A DNA stretch of 64,000 bases, taken from Acidimicrobiales bacterium. GTDB lineage: Bacteria; Actinomycetota; Acidimicrobiia; Acidimicrobiales; Bin134. The notes under the pieces are model-generated. The model made no database searches, was not told the origin of the DNA, and was given only the letters and a program-made list of their open reading frames with translations. Location of the stretch: assembly GCA_965231915.1 (NCBI GenBank), contig OZ246892.1, positions 1,664,897 through 1,728,896 on the forward strand, given 5' to 3'. The position numbers and the translations under genes were made by a program. How positions within the stretch are numbered: the first letter of the stretch is position 1; every line of letters starts with the position of its first letter. Positions 28,315 to 38,066 of the stretch are shown piece after piece.

Positions 28315-28355
28315 TTGAACAGCAGGGCGAGGCGGGCGGCAGCCCGCACCGCTTG

Positions 28356-29258
28356 CTACTCCCGGAAGTACACCGCCTCGGCGGTCGCTTCGCCGTCTGT
28401 GCCTACACGGCCGTCGCCAACCATGGCGATGAGGTGGGCCAGCACGGAGCGGGCCGCGGGCTCATGCAGTTCCGAGGCCACGTCGGCGTACATCACCTCC
28501 ACCATCTCGGCGATGGTCTGCGGCCCGGTGGCCAGGCACTCCAGGATCTGGCGCTCTCGATCTAGACGGTGGGCGTACAGGGCTTCCACCAGAGCCAGGG
28601 GTTCGGTGACCGGCGGGCCGTGAGTGGGCCAATAAACGCGGTCGCCGGGGGAATCGGCCAATAACCGCAGGCTGGCTAGGTAGTCGGTCATGTTGCCGTC
28701 GGGCGGGGGGATGACGGTGGTGGACCATCCCATGATGTGGTCGCCGGTGAACACCCCAGCCGCCTCCCGCCAGCGGTAGGCGATGTGGTTGGAGATGTGG
28801 CCCGGGGTGTACAGGCACTCGAAGCTCCACCCCGGCCCCTCGACCACATCGCCGTGGACCACCGTGGCATCGGGGGCGAAGTCAGTGTCGCCCCGCTCCT
28901 CGCTCTTGCCATCGTCGGTGTCAGCCGCCGGGTGGGGGCCGAATCCGTAGGCCGGTGCCCCGGTGGCCTTGGCCACTGCCCGGGAGGCGGGGGAGTGGTC
29001 GCGGTGCGTGTGGGTGACGAGCAGGGCCTCCACCTGCTCGCCGTCGACCGCGGCCAGCACCGCGGCGATGTGGTCGGCGTCGTCGGGGCCGGGGTCGACG
29101 ATGGCCACCCGGCCCTGTCCCACGATGTAGGTCCCGGTGCCCCGGTAGGTGAACTTGCTGGGATTGTTGGCCATCACCCTGCGTAGGCCGGGGGCCATCT
29201 CCACCACCGCGCCGTAGTTCACCGCCGACTCGGTCAGAAAGGGGATGCTCACCGCCAT
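28356..29258 (-). CDS. MBL-fold metallo-hydrolase
   Basis: THTHRDH metal motif. 300 aa. Confidence 0.85.
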   Translation of the reverse strand: MAVSIPFLTESAVNYGAVVEMAPGLRRVMANNPSKFTYRGTGTYIVGQGRVAIVDPGPDDADHIAAVLAAVDGEQVEALLVTHTHRDHSPASRAVAKATGAPAYGFGPHPAADTDDGKSEERGDTDFAPDATVVHGDVVEGPGWSFECLYTPGHISNHIAYRWREAAGVFTGDHIMGWSTTVIPPPDGNMTDYLASLRLLADSPGDRVYWPTHGPPVTEPLALVEALYAHRLDRERQILECLATGPQTIAEMVEVMYADVASELHEPAARSVLAHLIAMVGDGRVGTDGEATAEAVYFRE

Positions 29259-29268
29259 CGTGGGGCGA

Positions 29269-30057
29269 TCAGCTTTCTTCGGCGGCCACCTCGCCGGTGG
29301 AGACGCCCAAATAGGCCGGCTTCTCCCCGCCGCCGTGGACCTTGATGTTGGCCCCCGACATCCACCGGGCCATGGGTGACGCCAAGAACAGGCACACGTC
29401 GGCCACGTCGTCCGGTTGGCCCATGCGGCCCAGGGCGATGGTCTCTCCCACCGCGGCGATGCCGGCGTCGTCTCCGTAGTACAAATAGGCGTCCTCGGTC
29501 ACGATCAGCCCGACCGTCACGGTAAGCACCCGTATCTTCGGTCCCCACTCCACCGCCAGGGTCTCGCTTAGGTTCAACAAGCCAGCTTTGGCCGCCCCGT
29601 AGGCGATGCCCATCGGGTTGGGCCGGATGCCCGAAACCGAGGAGATGTTCAGGATCACGCCGCCGCTGTCCTGGTTCTGCATTACCGGGTACACCGCCTG
29701 GCTGAACGCCATGGGGGCCATCAGGTTGAGGGCCACGATCTTCTCGTTGAACCGGGGCGACACCGTGGCCGAGTCGGCCGGGGGGGCACCACCCGCGTTG
29801 TTGATGAGGGTGTCCACCCGCCCGGTGTTCTCCACCGCGACCTCCACTACCCCGGCGACCTGCTCAGGGTCTCGCACGTCGGCGGCCACGAACACGGCCT
29901 CCCGGCCGTTGGCGGCCACCGGCTCTTCGGGCGGGCGGCGGGCGCAGATCACCACATCGGCGCCCGCGGTCAGGAAACGGGTGGCCATGCCCCGGCCCAG
30001 TCCCTTGGTGCCGCCGGTGATGATGGCGGTCTTGCCGGTGAAATCGAGGTCTTCCAT
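29269..30057 (-). CDS. SDR family oxidoreductase
   Basis: Start ATG 30057 (MEDLDFTGKTAIITGGTKGLGRG). NNAG, YGAAKAG. Confidence 0.85.
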   Translation of the reverse strand: MEDLDFTGKTAIITGGTKGLGRGMATRFLTAGADVVICARRPPEEPVAANGREAVFVAADVRDPEQVAGVVEVAVENTGRVDTLINNAGGAPPADSATVSPRFNEKIVALNLMAPMAFSQAVYPVMQNQDSGGVILNISSVSGIRPNPMGIAYGAAKAGLLNLSETLAVEWGPKIRVLTVTVGLIVTEDAYLYYGDDAGIAAVGETIALGRMGQPDDVADVCLFLASPMARWMSGANIKVHGGGEKPAYLGVSTGEVAAEES

Positions 30058-30163
30058 TGCTGCCAGTGTGCCCCATGAGGGCTGTGGCGGGCACCCCACC
30101 GGTTCACAGAGACCATTGCTGCCAGTGTGGGGCGGGTCTCAGGCGCGGGCTATCGTCGCCGCC

Positions 30164-31018
30164 ATGGTCGACAAGCGGATGACCGAAGACGAAGTTGTCG
30201 CCGAATTGAAGGACGGCATGACCATCGGCATCGGAGGCTGGGGATCGCGCCGCAAACCCATGTCGCTGGTGCGGGCCATACTGCGCTCTGATCTCAAGGA
30301 TCTGACCGTGGTGGCCTACGGCGGTCCCGACATCGGGCTGTTGTGCGCCGCTGGCAAACTTCGCCGGGCGGTGTACGGGTTCGTCTCCCTCGACTCGATC
30401 CCGTTGGAGCCCCACTTCCGCCGAGCCCGCCAGAGCGGTGCCATAGAGTTCACCGAGCTCGACGAGGGAGCCTTCTACCTGGGGCTCTTGGCTGCCGCCC
30501 ACCGGGTGCCGTTCTATCCCACCCGGGCCGGTTTGGGCTCCGACATGCTGACCATGAACCCCGACCTGCGCACGGTGACCTCGCCGTATGAAGACGGGGA
30601 GGAGCTGGTGGCCATCCCCGCCTTCAAACTGGACGCCGCGCTGATCCATATGAATCGGGCCGATGCGGCCGGCAACGGCCAATTCCTGGGTCCCGATCTC
30701 TATTTCGACGACCTGTTTGCCATGGCTGCCGACAAGACCTTTCTGAGCACCGAAAAAATCGTGCCCACCGAGAGCCTGCTGGACGAGGGATCGGTGCACA
30801 CTCTGCGCATCCAGCGCATCTTCACCGACGGCGTGGTGGAGGCGCCCCAGGGAGCGCACTTCACCGAGTGCCCGCCCGATTACGGGCGCGACGAGGCTTT
30901 CCAACGGGAGTACGCGGCCACCGCCCGCGACCCGGAAGCGTGGGAGGCCTTCCGCGAGACCTACCTCGAAGCTCCCTCCCATGCCGAGTATCTCAAAGCG
31001 CTGGAGGCCCGATCATGA
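30164..31018 (+). CDS. CoA-transferase subunit A (family I, IpdA/glutaconate-CoA-transferase-like)
   Basis: DGMTIGIGGWGSRRKPMSLVRAI pattern. Start ATG 30164, because the track ORF's 5' part is antisense to the SDR. Confidence 0.75.
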   Translation: MVDKRMTEDEVVAELKDGMTIGIGGWGSRRKPMSLVRAILRSDLKDLTVVAYGGPDIGLLCAAGKLRRAVYGFVSLDSIPLEPHFRRARQSGAIEFTELDEGAFYLGLLAAAHRVPFYPTRAGLGSDMLTMNPDLRTVTSPYEDGEELVAIPAFKLDAALIHMNRADAAGNGQFLGPDLYFDDLFAMAADKTFLSTEKIVPTESLLDEGSVHTLRIQRIFTDGVVEAPQGAHFTECPPDYGRDEAFQREYAATARDPEAWEAFRETYLEAPSHAEYLKALEARS

Positions 31019-31779
31019 GCACCGCCGACGCCACCATCGACGAGATCTGTGTGGTGGCCTGCGCCGAGGCCTTCCGGGGCGACGGAGAGCTCTTGTGCAA
31101 TCCCATCGGCACCGTGCCCATCGTGGGCGGCCGGCTGGCCCGGGCCACCTTCGAGCCCGACTTGGTGTACACCGACACCGTGTCGGTGCTGCCGGCCAAC
31201 GACTTCCCGGTGGGCGATCCCGACGCCCCCAGGGTGGTGGAGTCGTGGGTGCCGTATCGCACCGTGTTCGACATTGTGTGGTCGGGCAAGCGCCACGTGA
31301 TGATGGGGGCCAGCCAGATCGACCAATGGGGCAACCAGAACATCGCCGCCATCGGCGACTTCCGCCAACCGAAGGCCCAGCTCCTCGGTCTGCGGGGCGC
31401 CCCCGGCAACCTGATCAACCACTCCACCAGCTACTGGGTACCCAACCACTCCACTCGCTCCTTTGTGGCCTCGGTGGATGTGGTGTCGGGGCCGGGATAC
31501 GACCGGATGCGTGAGCTGGGAGCGCCGGGAAACCGATTCCATGAGGTGCGCCGGGTGGTGTCCAACCTGGGAGTGTTCGATTTCCAGACCGACGACAACC
31601 GCATGAGGATCGCCTCGGTCCACCCCGGAGTGACGGTGGAGCAGGTGGCGGAGTCCACTGCATTCGAACTGGCCGGCACCGACGACGTGGCCGAAACCCG
31701 GCTGCCCACCGATGAAGAGTTGCGCTTGATCCGCGAGGTGCTCGACCCGGGCGGCGCCCGCAAAGCCGAGTTCCGCTGA
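31015..31779 (+). CDS. CoA-transferase subunit B (IpdB-like)
   Basis: ATGA overlap with subunit A. 254 aa, typical beta-subunit size and context. Confidence 0.7.
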   Translation: MSTADATIDEICVVACAEAFRGDGELLCNPIGTVPIVGGRLARATFEPDLVYTDTVSVLPANDFPVGDPDAPRVVESWVPYRTVFDIVWSGKRHVMMGASQIDQWGNQNIAAIGDFRQPKAQLLGLRGAPGNLINHSTSYWVPNHSTRSFVASVDVVSGPGYDRMRELGAPGNRFHEVRRVVSNLGVFDFQTDDNRMRIASVHPGVTVEQVAESTAFELAGTDDVAETRLPTDEELRLIREVLDPGGARKAEFR

Positions 31780-31824
31780 GCTCCAGATGAGCGCCGATCC
31801 CCGTATTCAATTCAAGGGGTTTCC

Positions 31825-32889
31825 ATGGTGACAGCCGACCCCCGCCTTCGGACTAGGGCGTGCGAGTTGTTCGGGGTGGATCACCCCATCGTGCAGACCG
31901 GCATGGGCTGGGTTTCCGGGGCCCGGCTGACCGCGGCCACGTCCAACGCCGGCGGACTTGGCATCATTGCGGCCGCGCCCCTGACGTTCGGCCAGATGGT
32001 GAAGACCATCAACGAGGTGGCCGCCGCCACCGACCGGCCTTTTGGGGTGAATCTCCGCACAGATGCCGCTGACATCGACCAACGGGTAGACCACATCATC
32101 GCCGCGGGGATTCCGGTGGCCAGTTTCGCCCAGGCCCCCGGCGAAGCCATCGTCAAGAAGCTGAAGGACGCCGGGGTGGTGGTGGTTCCCACAATCGGCG
32201 CTCCCCGCCACGCCGAGAAGGTGGCCGAGTGGGGGGTCGACGCGGTAATCGCCCAAGGCGCCGAGGGTGGAGGCCACACCGGCCCCATCGCCACGTCCCT
32301 GCTTTTGCCCGCGGTCGTCGACACGGTGGATATCCCGGTCATCGCCGCCGGGGGCATGGTGGACGGGCGCTCGCTGGCCGCCGCCCTGGCCTTCGGGGCC
32401 GACGGAGTCGCCATGGGCACCCGATTCCTCTTGTCGTCCGACAGCGACGTCCCCGACCACGTGAAGGCCGTCTATCTGGACACCAAGCTCACCGGCACGG
32501 TGGTCACCACCGCAGTCGATGGCGTGCCCCAGAGGGTGATCAACACCGACGTGGTCTCCCGGCTGGAGCGCTCGGGACCGCTGTCGTTTATCCGGGCCGC
32601 CCGCAACGCGCTCAAGTTCCGGGCCCTCACCGGAGTGGGCTACCGCCAGCTCTTGTCCGAGGGCTTGGCCATGCGCCGCAGCCTCAATCTCACCTGGGCT
32701 CAGATGGCCATGGCAGCCAATGCCCCCATGATGACCAAGGCCGCCATGGTGGACGGCCACCCCGAAGTCGGCATCCTGCCCACCGGCCAGGTAGTGGGCA
32801 ATATCGATGCCCTTCCCAGCTGCCGGGAGATCATCGACTCGATCATTGCCGAGGCCATCGAGGTCTTGGACCGCCTGGCCACCCATTAG
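31825..32889 (+). CDS. Nitronate monooxygenase / enoyl-reductase-like FMN protein
   Basis: IVQTGMGWVSGARLTAATSNAGGLGII, AQGAEGGGH, AAGGMVDGRSLAAALAFGADGVAMGTRF. Confidence 0.85.
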   Translation: MVTADPRLRTRACELFGVDHPIVQTGMGWVSGARLTAATSNAGGLGIIAAAPLTFGQMVKTINEVAAATDRPFGVNLRTDAADIDQRVDHIIAAGIPVASFAQAPGEAIVKKLKDAGVVVVPTIGAPRHAEKVAEWGVDAVIAQGAEGGGHTGPIATSLLLPAVVDTVDIPVIAAGGMVDGRSLAAALAFGADGVAMGTRFLLSSDSDVPDHVKAVYLDTKLTGTVVTTAVDGVPQRVINTDVVSRLERSGPLSFIRAARNALKFRALTGVGYRQLLSEGLAMRRSLNLTWAQMAMAANAPMMTKAAMVDGHPEVGILPTGQVVGNIDALPSCREIIDSIIAEAIEVLDRLATH

Positions 32890-33137
32890 CCCTGACTTGT
32901 CGCAATTATTGGAGGGTGTCGCGGACCGAGTGAGGTACGCACCGACGTGGGCTCAAGCTCAGATTGAATCTTCGGGCTGCTTCACCATGACGGTCGACTC
33001 GTCGTCGACCCATGCCTCGCCGAATGGCTCCGCCGCCGATACCCCCTGTGAGCCAACTCAGCATTGGAGCGAAAACTGAAGTCATCCCCAGTCAGCCTAG
33101 AAGAGTCCTGTCATGCTCAAGGGCTAGTCTCCCTCGG

Positions 33138-36100
33138 GTGAATCGCCGTGAAACAGTAGAGCGGGCTACGACGCAGTGGGCTAGAGACCTCACCGACGAG
33201 TCCGGGCGTAACCGGCTGCTCTACTACCGAGACCTTAAGATTGGGACGCTGGATTTGGCCGAAGCTGATCCCAGGGCTGTGGACAGGCTGCGGAATGGGA
33301 GGAAAGTTCTACTGAGCCAGTTGTTTCCCGCGCCAGTCGATGACGACTACTTGACCCTAGAGTTTGAAGACCAGACTGACAACGGTGACCAGGATCTAGT
33401 GGCCGAAGCCATCAAACGAGCCCGATCCATCAGTCGCAAGGCACAGGAGTACTTCGAAGAAAAGGGCATCCAAACGCTTTTCCTTGGATGGGGCATGGCC
33501 ACTTGGACTGCCCAGTCAACCAGGGCCACTCCTGCCGCACCGGTGCTGCTATGCCCAATCGGTTTGCATCGCAAGGGCTCAGCGGAAACCGACTATGACT
33601 TCGAGTTGACCGGAGAATGGACCCTCAACGATGCCCTTCTCCAGCATCTGGCCAATGAATTCCAAGTGGACGTGTCCGGGGAAGACCTCATGGACCCCTA
33701 CAGGGACGGAGAGCAGATCAGCCCAGACGAGGAACAAGCCATTTTCGCGGAACTCTCCAGGCGGGCTGGGAATGTCCCCGATTTTGCAATTGCTGAGCGT
33801 CTCATCGCTGGCAACTTCATGTACAAGAAGATGCCGATGGTGAATGACATCAAGAACAACTTGGACGCGCTTACCAGTCACGATCTGATTGCGGCCTTGG
33901 CCGGGGACGAAGCGGCTGTCGAATCCGTGCGCTTGCATTCGGACCATCCCATTGACTCGTCATTGCCTGACGCTTTACCGCCTGCTGATGAATTCTTGGT
34001 GCTCAATGCCGACTTCTCGCAGAACGCAGCCATTAACGCCGCACTTTCTGGTCATTCGTTCGTACTCCAGGGACCACCGGGAACCGGCAAGAGTCAGACG
34101 ATCTCCAATCTCATCGCCACGTTGATGGCTCAGGGCAAGCGAGTCCTGTTCGTGGCCGAGAAGCGGGCAGCAATCGACGCGGTGGTCAAGCGGCTGACCC
34201 ATGTAGGGCTTGACCGGTTCGTGATGGACCTCCACGGCGGGGTGTCCTCCCGCAGGAAACTGGCCCAACAACTCAAACAGTCACTCACCGACATAGCCGG
34301 GACCCATGCCGTCAACCAGCAAGAACTCCACCAGCACTTGCAGAAGTCCCGTCAAGAGCTTTCGGGTTACGTCGAGGCACTGCACCAAGAGCGCGAGCCG
34401 TGGGGGCTGTCGTATTTCGAGGTGCTGTCAGGACTGTTGCAACTGGAAACGTCAGAGTCTCCCGCCGAGGTCAAGCCTCAGCCGTCGATGAGGTTCTCAT
34501 CTTCGGCTCTGGCCGAGTTGGACGAGGCCACCACCCACCAGGTGCGACGAGACCTCAAAGACTGGGTCGACCTATCCGAGCCTCTCCGCTCCGGCCGCTC
34601 GCCATGGGCAGGTTCCCACGTTTCTTCCGAGGAAGAGGCTCGGAGCGCACTCGACGCGTGTTCTGGGTTGGCTGGCGAACTCACATCCAGCTGGCAGGCT
34701 CAGGAGGAGTTGCTAGTAGGCAAACTGGGAATTGACGACCCAGGATCGGTTGCCAATTGGGGCAATGTGATTTCCGAGATTCCGGAACTTGCACGCGCCG
34801 TCGCGAAGACCGAGGCCGCCCTCACCCTTGAAATCTTCAACGCTGACCTCGACAAACTGGTCCAACACCTGGACCCCGGGACAGGTAACGGGCTCAGCCG
34901 ATTGTTCAACAAACTCTTCAACAAGGAATATAAATCGGCGCTGTCGGAACTTGAGAGCCTCAAGCCAGGTTTGTCCACGCGCAACGTCCGCGACCTGTTT
35001 GAAGAGGTCGAAGCAGCCCACACCTTGACCCACCGCTGGACTGATCTGGGCTGCTCAGGATCGCCCCAAGTGCTAGTTAACGCGGACAGTGCATTCGAGG
35101 CGTTCGGCAAAATGAAGGAAGCTGTAGACAAGCTGACCGTGCTGATGGCCGAAGACGAGTTCGCAGGCAAAACCACCGAGGAAATCTCCAGCCTGACCCA
35201 AGAGCTGCTCAACGATCAGCACACGCTGTTCCAGCTGCCCCGATTGCATGATGTCGAGCATCGTTTGCGAGCTGTACACGTCGGCCCATTGCTAGACAAG
35301 GTGACCAATGGCGCAATGAGCGACGATGCCCTTGAGACGGCCTTCGACCACTCCAGGCTGCGGTCAATTCAGCGAGAAGTGCTGCTTGTAGACAGCCGAT
35401 TGTCGGGGTTCCAGGGAAGCCGGCAGAGCCGCTATGTAAGAGAGTTCCAACAGGCTGACACCAAGCACCTCCAGGGCAACCCGGCCCGGGTGGCCCGGCG
35501 CATCGCCGAGCACGCAGTGACCGCGCTCAGCCAGAATCCCGGCCAAGACCAGCTGATTCGCAAAGAAGCTGGAAAGAAAACTCGCCACTTGCCGCTGAGG
35601 AGTTTGTTCGAGCAAGCCCCTGAGGCACTGGCCGCGGTTCGCCCCTGCTGGGCCATGTCGCCCCTCGACGTGGCCCAAACGCTGCCGCCCCGGCCACTTT
35701 TCGACCTAGTGGTGTTCGACGAGGCCAGCCAGGTGCTCCCGTGCGACGCCATTCCTGCCCTGCTCCGAGGGCAGCGGGCCATGGTGGCGGGAGACTCCCG
35801 TCAGCTTCCCCCAACCACTTTCTTCGACAGTTCCGGGGGCGACGACGACCTCGACGAAGAAGATGAGTCCATGGCGGACTACGAGTCAATCTTGGACGTG
35901 ATGGATGCCCGGCTGTCCCGTCGCCCGCTCACCTGGCACTACCGCTCCCAGGATGAACGTCTAATCGCCTACTCCAATCAGGAGATCTACCACGGCAGCC
36001 TGACCACCTTTCCCGGCACCAACTCTGATAAGTGTCTAAGTTGGGTACTGGTGCCACACAGGACGGGCGTTGCTACCAAGAAGGGGAGCAACTCCGACGA

Positions 36101-37244
36101 GGTGCTGCAAGTGGTGGATCTGATGATCGATAACGCCCGGGCACGGCCCGACGAAACCCTTGGTGTAATCGCCATGGGCATCAACCACGCCAACCGCATC
36201 GAGGAAGTACTGCGCCAGCGGCTAGGAGAGGAGAGCGACCCCGACCTCGAAGACTTCTTCAATGAGGCGAACGAGGAGCGGGTCTTCGTGAAGAACCTTG
36301 AGCGGGTGCAGGGCGATGAGCGCGATGCCATCATCTTGAGCATCGGCTACGGCAAGAACGCCGACGGCAGGATGCTGCACAACTTCGGGCCGCTGAACCG
36401 GGAAGGCGGCGAGCGGCGGCTGAATGTGGCCATCACCAGAGCCCGCAAGCGCATGACGCTGGTGTCATCGTTCGACTACGCCGACATGGACCCTGAGAAA
36501 ACCCGATCCACTGGGGCCAAGATGCTTCGGGGCTTCCTGAAATTCGCGCAATCAGGCGGCACCGAGCTGGACGGCGCCGATGCCGCCGAGCCCCTCAACC
36601 CCTTCGAGATCGACATCCGCGACAAGCTCACCGCCGCTGGCCTCGCTGTGGTGCCCCAATACGGTTGCTCGGGCTATCGGATCGACTTCGCGGTGCGCCA
36701 CCCCAGCAAACCCGGCCAATTTGCCCTGGCAGTGGAAGCCGACGGGGCCAGCTACCGCTCATCACACACCGCCCGAGACCGCGACCGGCTGCGACAAGAG
36801 CACCTTGAACGCCTCGGTTGGAGGTTCTGCCGCATCTGGTCCACCGACTGGTACAACGACCACCGCCGAGAGGTCGATCGCGTGCTGGCTGCCTACGAGA
36901 AAGCCGTGAGCGAAATCGACTCCGGCCGGGTGACTCCCCCAAATGCCGCCGCTGGTCGGGCAGATCTGTCCGAGGCACCAGACTTGGGCACTCCTGCAGA
37001 AACGAGCGAAGCTCCCCCACGACGAGGGACCCGTCCCTGGATACGGCGATACGCATCTTCCATTGACGAATACTCGCAAGCAGAACTGGTCGCATTGGGT
37101 ATGTGGATTGAATCCGACCATTTGCCCCGTACGGATGCGCAACTGTTCGAGGAAATCTTCGACGAACTCCCTTTCAACCGCCGCGGTGCAAAGATCAAGG
37201 CAGCCATAGATGAGGCAATCGCGGCAATGAAACAGAACGGCTGA
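33138..37244 (+). CDS. DUF4011-type Upf1-like SF1 helicase fused to DUF559/Vsr-like endonuclease and DUF3320-like tail (HheA-like)
   Basis: Walker A LQGPPGTGKSQT, VVFDEASQV, GDSRQLPPT, VQGDERDAIILS. C-terminal GYRIDFAV...AVEADGASYRSSHTARDRDRLRQEHLERLGWRFCRIWSTDWY. Start uncertain: GTG 33138 chosen, track start is 33012. Confidence 0.8.
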   Translation: MNRRETVERATTQWARDLTDESGRNRLLYYRDLKIGTLDLAEADPRAVDRLRNGRKVLLSQLFPAPVDDDYLTLEFEDQTDNGDQDLVAEAIKRARSISRKAQEYFEEKGIQTLFLGWGMATWTAQSTRATPAAPVLLCPIGLHRKGSAETDYDFELTGEWTLNDALLQHLANEFQVDVSGEDLMDPYRDGEQISPDEEQAIFAELSRRAGNVPDFAIAERLIAGNFMYKKMPMVNDIKNNLDALTSHDLIAALAGDEAAVESVRLHSDHPIDSSLPDALPPADEFLVLNADFSQNAAINAALSGHSFVLQGPPGTGKSQTISNLIATLMAQGKRVLFVAEKRAAIDAVVKRLTHVGLDRFVMDLHGGVSSRRKLAQQLKQSLTDIAGTHAVNQQELHQHLQKSRQELSGYVEALHQEREPWGLSYFEVLSGLLQLETSESPAEVKPQPSMRFSSSALAELDEATTHQVRRDLKDWVDLSEPLRSGRSPWAGSHVSSEEEARSALDACSGLAGELTSSWQAQEELLVGKLGIDDPGSVANWGNVISEIPELARAVAKTEAALTLEIFNADLDKLVQHLDPGTGNGLSRLFNKLFNKEYKSALSELESLKPGLSTRNVRDLFEEVEAAHTLTHRWTDLGCSGSPQVLVNADSAFEAFGKMKEAVDKLTVLMAEDEFAGKTTEEISSLTQELLNDQHTLFQLPRLHDVEHRLRAVHVGPLLDKVTNGAMSDDALETAFDHSRLRSIQREVLLVDSRLSGFQGSRQSRYVREFQQADTKHLQGNPARVARRIAEHAVTALSQNPGQDQLIRKEAGKKTRHLPLRSLFEQAPEALAAVRPCWAMSPLDVAQTLPPRPLFDLVVFDEASQVLPCDAIPALLRGQRAMVAGDSRQLPPTTFFDSSGGDDDLDEEDESMADYESILDVMDARLSRRPLTWHYRSQDERLIAYSNQEIYHGSLTTFPGTNSDKCLSWVLVPHRTGVATKKGSNSDEVLQVVDLMIDNARARPDETLGVIAMGINHANRIEEVLRQRLGEESDPDLEDFFNEANEERVFVKNLERVQGDERDAIILSIGYGKNADGRMLHNFGPLNREGGERRLNVAITRARKRMTLVSSFDYADMDPEKTRSTGAKMLRGFLKFAQSGGTELDGADAAEPLNPFEIDIRDKLTAAGLAVVPQYGCSGYRIDFAVRHPSKPGQFALAVEADGASYRSSHTARDRDRLRQEHLERLGWRFCRIWSTDWYNDHRREVDRVLAAYEKAVSEIDSGRVTPPNAAAGRADLSEAPDLGTPAETSEAPPRRGTRPWIRRYASSIDEYSQAELVALGMWIESDHLPRTDAQLFEEIFDELPFNRRGAKIKAAIDEAIAAMKQNG

Positions 37245-37277
37245 ACCCCAAGCCGGTGCCATCGCCAACCGAATCTT

Positions 37278-37308
37278 GTGTACAGAGCACTCGCTGCAAG
37301 TTGTACAC
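37278..37308. promoter_or_regulatory. Inverted repeat GTGTACA-N17-TGTACAC upstream of Phd antitoxin (candidate operator)
   Basis: Perfect 7-bp arms at 37278-37284 and 37302-37308, 8 nt before ATG 37317. Confidence 0.45.
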
Positions 37309-37316
37309 TTCCGAAC

Positions 37317-37580
37317 ATGGATGTAGCAGTTGCTGAGCTTCGGGCCAATCTGAGGCACTGGCTGAGTCGGGCTCGAGATGGTGACGAGGTTGTCGTGACT
37401 GAGCGGGGGATACCGGTGGTCAAGATCGTCGGGTTGGAGACCGCCTCTGCAATTGAGTCTCTCGTCCAGCAGGGGGTCATTGCCCGGCCATCCTCACAGA
37501 ATCGTCCCGTGGCCACCGGCCGCCAGCGACCTCGGTCCCATAGTCCGGTCTCCGATCTGGTTGCTGAACAGCGCGATTGA
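37317..37580 (+). CDS. Phd/YefM-family antitoxin
   Basis: MDVAVAELRANLRHWLSRARDGDEVVVTERGIPVVKIVG. Start moved to ATG 37317, downstream of the operator-like repeat. Confidence 0.75.
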   Translation: MDVAVAELRANLRHWLSRARDGDEVVVTERGIPVVKIVGLETASAIESLVQQGVIARPSSQNRPVATGRQRPRSHSPVSDLVAEQRD

Positions 37581-37583
37581 TCT

Positions 37584-38012
37584 GTGGCTGTCGTCTATTT
37601 TGATGCCAGCGCCCTGGTGAAACTTGTGGTCGAGGAGTCGGGGAGTGACATCGCGGCCGCGCTGTGGGATGGATGTGATGCGGCCATGTCGAGTCGCCTT
37701 GCCTATCCGGAGGTACGGGCGGCATTGGCCGCGGCGGGGCGCAACCACGTCTTAGACGAAGCCAGCCTTGAAAGGTGTGAGAATGACTGGGAAGGGTTCT
37801 GGGCCGCAATGCGCCCGGTTGAGCTCACTCGCAACGTGCAGATGGCCGCTGGCCAGCTGGCCAAGAGGCACAGCCTACGCGGTGCCGATGCCGTCCACCT
37901 GGCCAGCGCCGTGGAGCTGGGCGTTTCTGATCTCGTGATGGCCGTGTGGGATCGCCGACTTCATGACGGTGCGGTGGCTGAGAATCTGGCCGTTGCCCCA
38001 TCAAGCCTATGA
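37584..38012 (+). CDS. vapC: PIN-domain toxin (VapC family)
   Basis: VVYFDASALVKLV N-terminal Asp, later GADAVHLASA. 142 aa. Lies 3 nt after the antitoxin stop. Confidence 0.8.
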   Translation: MAVVYFDASALVKLVVEESGSDIAAALWDGCDAAMSSRLAYPEVRAALAAAGRNHVLDEASLERCENDWEGFWAAMRPVELTRNVQMAAGQLAKRHSLRGADAVHLASAVELGVSDLVMAVWDRRLHDGAVAENLAVAPSSL

Positions 38013-38066
38013 GGGGGCAACCAGGCATCGCCTCAACCGGCCTTTTGGCCCTAGAGTGCTGCGCTG

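Noticed and set aside
33012-33137. Upstream ATG start for the helicase-nuclease (MPRRMAPPPIPP...)
   Set aside because: The first 42 codons are Pro-rich with no homology expectation. GTG 33138 directly precedes the conserved N-terminal region. This remains uncertain, so it is noted in the feature.
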